Assembly: GCA_963810935.1 (NCBI GenBank)
Contig: CAWEPK010000012.1
Span: 96,001-160,000 of the forward strand
Length of the DNA stretch: 64,000 nt
Direction: 5' to 3'
Source: an uncultured delta proteobacterium
Lineage (GTDB): Bacteria; Desulfobacterota; Syntrophorhabdia; Syntrophorhabdales; WCHB1-27
The notes under the pieces are model-generated. The model saw only the letters and a program-made list of their open reading frames with translations. It was not told where the DNA came from and ran no database searches. How positions within the stretch are numbered: the first letter of the stretch is position 1; every line of letters starts with the position of its first letter. This document shows positions 61,542 through 64,000 of the stretch, piece by piece. The position numbers were made by a program, and so were the translations under genes.

Positions 61542-62288
61542 TTAATCCGCGACTTTCTTCAGCAGAAATTCGCGCAGCCTGCCCGCCCCTGCCTTCAGCT
61601 CGTTCCCCCGAAACCCGCTCTGCCACCCTCCCGCGCCGACGAGGTCCGATACCACCAGGAACGCGACGCCGCGCAGCCCCTTGTGGCTGCACACCGCGTA
61701 CAGTGACGCCGCCTCCATGTCCACCCCTATTACGCCTTCTTCCGCATACCTTGCGACCTTGTCCGCCGTCTCCCTGTAGATCGCGTCGGTGGTCCACACG
61801 CACCCCGCGCGAAACCCCGCTTCATCCGCCTGTGCGCGCCACTCACCCGCCCACGCCGACGCGACAACCCTGTCCGCGCTTTCCAGGTAGTGCGCGGAGA
61901 CGCCCTCTTCCCGGACCGCCTCCGTCGCAAGGACGACGTCGCCCGGACGCACGCCGCCGCCGATCCCGCCGCAGTAGCCCCACAGGCAGAATTCCTCCGC
62001 GCCGAAGGCCGCAAGCTCCTCCACGAGTGCCGCCAGGGCAGGCCCGCCGACTGCTGATCGCGCCAGCACCGTGCCGCCCCCGGCCGTCTTGTAAAATCGC
62101 CGGAACGGCAGCCATGCCGCCACAGGCGCGGCGCCCGTGCGGCCGGCGAGCGCGGAAAGGTCGGCAGGGGTGAAAACGATCACCGCCCTTTTGGGGAGGT
62201 GCAATTCTTCCGGTCGTTTATTGGTGAACGCGATGACCAGGTCTTTTGCGGTCAGTACTGGCGCGGAGCCGTCAAAGAACCAGCTCAT
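61542..62288 (-). CDS. Nucleoside phosphorylase (PNP/UDP family 1)
   Basis: GGPA...EEL...GYCGG; REEGVSAHY; WTTDAIYRET; VDMEAAS; VSD. Confidence 0.88.
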   Translation of the reverse strand: MSWFFDGSAPVLTAKDLVIAFTNKRPEELHLPKRAVIVFTPADLSALAGRTGAAPVAAWLPFRRFYKTAGGGTVLARSAVGGPALAALVEELAAFGAEEFCLWGYCGGIGGGVRPGDVVLATEAVREEGVSAHYLESADRVVASAWAGEWRAQADEAGFRAGCVWTTDAIYRETADKVARYAEEGVIGVDMEAASLYAVCSHKGLRGVAFLVVSDLVGAGGWQSGFRGNELKAGAGRLREFLLKKVAD

Positions 62289-62763
62289 GCACCTTTTCCT
62301 TGAGCCTCCTGTATGATTCGTAAAGGTGCTCGGAGATAACCTTCGTCTCTCCTATAGCGGGCATGAAATTGGTGTCGCCGACCCAGCGCGGGACGACGTG
62401 GATGTGGATATGCTCTTCGAGGCCGGCGCCCGCCGCCTTGCCATTGTTGATCCCTATGTTAAGGCCCTGGGCGCCGAACGACTGTCGGAGGGCGGACGAG
62501 ACGATGCGGACGAGGCCCATCAAATCGAGCGTCTCCTCATCAGTTATCTCTTCGATACTGCCGACGTGACGGCAGGGCACGACCATAACGTGCCCGTTTG
62601 CATAAGGGTAGCGGTTCATGACGGCAAAGGCGAGACCTTTGCGCAGGAGCACCAGCGCGGAATCGTCGTCTTTCGGCTCGATGCATAGGAAGCATGCATG
62701 CCTGTCTGTCTTGGGCGGGGCAGCGATATATTCCATCCTCCATGGCGCCCATATCCTCTTCAT
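62272..62763 (-). CDS. HIT family hydrolase (Ap4A phosphorylase-like)
   Basis: IWAPWRMEYI, NRYPYANGH, HIHIHVVPRW. Confidence 0.92.
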   Translation of the reverse strand: MKRIWAPWRMEYIAAPPKTDRHACFLCIEPKDDDSALVLLRKGLAFAVMNRYPYANGHVMVVPCRHVGSIEEITDEETLDLMGLVRIVSSALRQSFGAQGLNIGINNGKAAGAGLEEHIHIHVVPRWVGDTNFMPAIGETKVISEHLYESYRRLKEKVHELVL

Positions 62764-62765
62764 CT

Positions 62766-63278
62766 TTAGTCCCTCATGAATACGAAGTCCTTCCAGTAAT
62801 CGGGGTAGCCCCCAGCACCCAGGCCCAGCATGAGCACATGCGTCCCGCTCGGCCGGCCCGGCTTCTTCAGCGGTATCATGGCCGCCTCTTCCGGGAGTCT
62901 ATCGCCCTTTTTATGATTGCAGTAAATACATGAAGTTACGATGTTCGACCACTCGGTCAGGCCGCCCCTCGACCTAGGTGTGATATGGTCGCACGTCAGG
63001 TGCTTGGCGTCGAACCGCTCGCCGCAGTACTGGCAGGTGTAATTGTCGCGGAGGAAGACGTTTTTCCGGGAGAACCGCACGCGGAGTTTTTTGGGGCGGA
63101 CGAAGGTGAGAAGCCTTACGACAGCCGGCAAGCGGACCCGCATAGAGACACTACGCACCTCACGATCATACTCCCGGATTACCTCGACCTTTTCAAGGAA
63201 CAGGAGCGTAACCGCCTTTTTCCACGAAACCACGCCGAGAGGCTCAAACGTGGTATTGAGAAGCAGCGTCCGGTCCAT
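62766..63278 (-). CDS. HNH endonuclease
   Basis: LLLNTTFEPL, RDNYTCQYCG, DHITPRSRGG, NIVTSCIYCN. Confidence 0.92.
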   Translation of the reverse strand: MDRTLLLNTTFEPLGVVSWKKAVTLLFLEKVEVIREYDREVRSVSMRVRLPAVVRLLTFVRPKKLRVRFSRKNVFLRDNYTCQYCGERFDAKHLTCDHITPRSRGGLTEWSNIVTSCIYCNHKKGDRLPEEAAMIPLKKPGRPSGTHVLMLGLGAGGYPDYWKDFVFMRD

Positions 63279-63385
63279 GAACGTATTGACAATAACGCTT
63301 TTGAGGGCCGGTTGTCAAGGGATGGTTGGGCGGGGGTGGGCGGTATGTGAGGACTCGCCTTCCGGCAGATTCGATGCCAGACCGG

Positions 63386-63616
63386 CTATTTTTCGATCAG
63401 GTCGAGAAACTCGTCTTTCGATAGATCAATGTCTCTCATGACTTTCGAGAAGAGCCCCGGTCCAACCGTTTCCTTGGCATGAACGGGGACAACCGTCGCC
63501 CTTCCGTCCGGGTGTTTCATGAAGACGTGGCTCCCCCTATGCCTTTCTATCGTAAAACCGATTTTTCTGAGCATTGAGACGAGATCAGCGCCCGTGACGG
63601 CGGGAAGGTTGCTCAT
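63386..63616 (-). CDS. hicA: HicA family toxin
   Basis: GF...RGSHVFMKHPDGRATVVPVH. Confidence 0.9.
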   Translation of the reverse strand: MSNLPAVTGADLVSMLRKIGFTIERHRGSHVFMKHPDGRATVVPVHAKETVGPGLFSKVMRDIDLSKDEFLDLIEK

Positions 63617-63822
63617 ACGGCGACTTTTTGAATCCCTATGAATTCCATAGCCGGCGCGTCTTCTCCGTAAACCTCAAGACAAAGCCGGATCGCTTCCCTG
63701 ACCCTTTCGAGAAGTTCATCAAGAGAGCGTGCCTGCGTGTGGCATCCCTTCAATTCCGGAACGTCCGCCACATAATATCCTTCTTCGTCCCGTTCTATAA
63801 GCACGGTAAACTGCCTCGCCAT
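63613..63822 (-). CDS. hicB: HicB family antitoxin
   Basis: IERDEEGYYVADVPELKGCHTQARSLDELLERVREAI; ATGA overlap with hicA; TTGACA...TATATT promoter at 63843-63870. Confidence 0.9.
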   Translation of the reverse strand: MARQFTVLIERDEEGYYVADVPELKGCHTQARSLDELLERVREAIRLCLEVYGEDAPAMEFIGIQKVAV

Positions 63823-63931
63823 AGGAACCTCCGTATTCTTGCAATATATCAGATATACGGACATTGTCAACCTCGTAGTCTTTGTTATACTCCCTCGCCG
63901 TCATCCCTAAGCTATTCAGCATTTTACCGAA

Positions 63932-63970
63932 GGGGGCCGGGAGATTTTGGATGGAAAGGTCCCGGCCCCC
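63932..63970. terminator. GC-rich hairpin, probable terminator
   Basis: GGGGGCCGGGA / TCCCGGCCCCC stem. Confidence 0.45.
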
Positions 63971-64000
63971 CCACAAAAAATTGACAAACCAACCTGTGGG

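Noticed and set aside
62766..63278. IscB/Cas9-like RNA-guided nuclease
   Set aside because: Only 170 aa, no RuvC motifs, no adjacent array or recognisable ncRNA.
1..64000. CRISPR array, rRNA or tRNA genes
   Set aside because: No regularly spaced repeat-spacer series or recognisable stable-RNA gene found by eye; tRNAscan-SE/cmscan not run.

Overview
GC-rich bacterial chromosomal window. Gene content (DVU_155x-type cluster, DUF362/4Fe-4S pair, ydhYVW-like aldehyde oxidoreductase, aryl-CoA ligases, TRAP and LIV transporters) suggests an anaerobic Desulfobacterota member, possibly Syntrophorhabdus-like; this is inference only. In order: end of a T2SS cluster (gspE-F-G-H-I); a Phd/RelE TA pair; a reduced radical SAM/methyltransferase/CoA-ligase (TrsS/DVU_1553-1557-like) operon divergent from a molybdate-binding-type regulator; a TetR-TolC-MFP-RND-PII-like-SDR cassette; toxin-less TA remnants; TRAP transporter; cls; chaB; mobA-rimI-pyrK-pyrD-recJ; signalling genes; ydhYVW; motAB; IclR with a PaaK-like ligase; fumC and malic enzyme; livKHMGF; HNH-HIT-nucleoside phosphorylase; and hicBA. 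About 11 genes carry single-base frameshifts, most likely long-read errors. The most striking structure is an integrase-free A-X-B'-A'-Y-B arrangement (8876-18128): two alternative cargo cassettes of one variable locus sit in tandem, bounded by a 158-bp duplicate of a gene 3' end and a duplicated 43-bp promoter. Also notable: two unannotated sigma54-driven microproteins, an IS200/IS605-like non-autonomous element and several fold-back elements. No rRNA, tRNA, CRISPR array, integrase or transposase was recognised.
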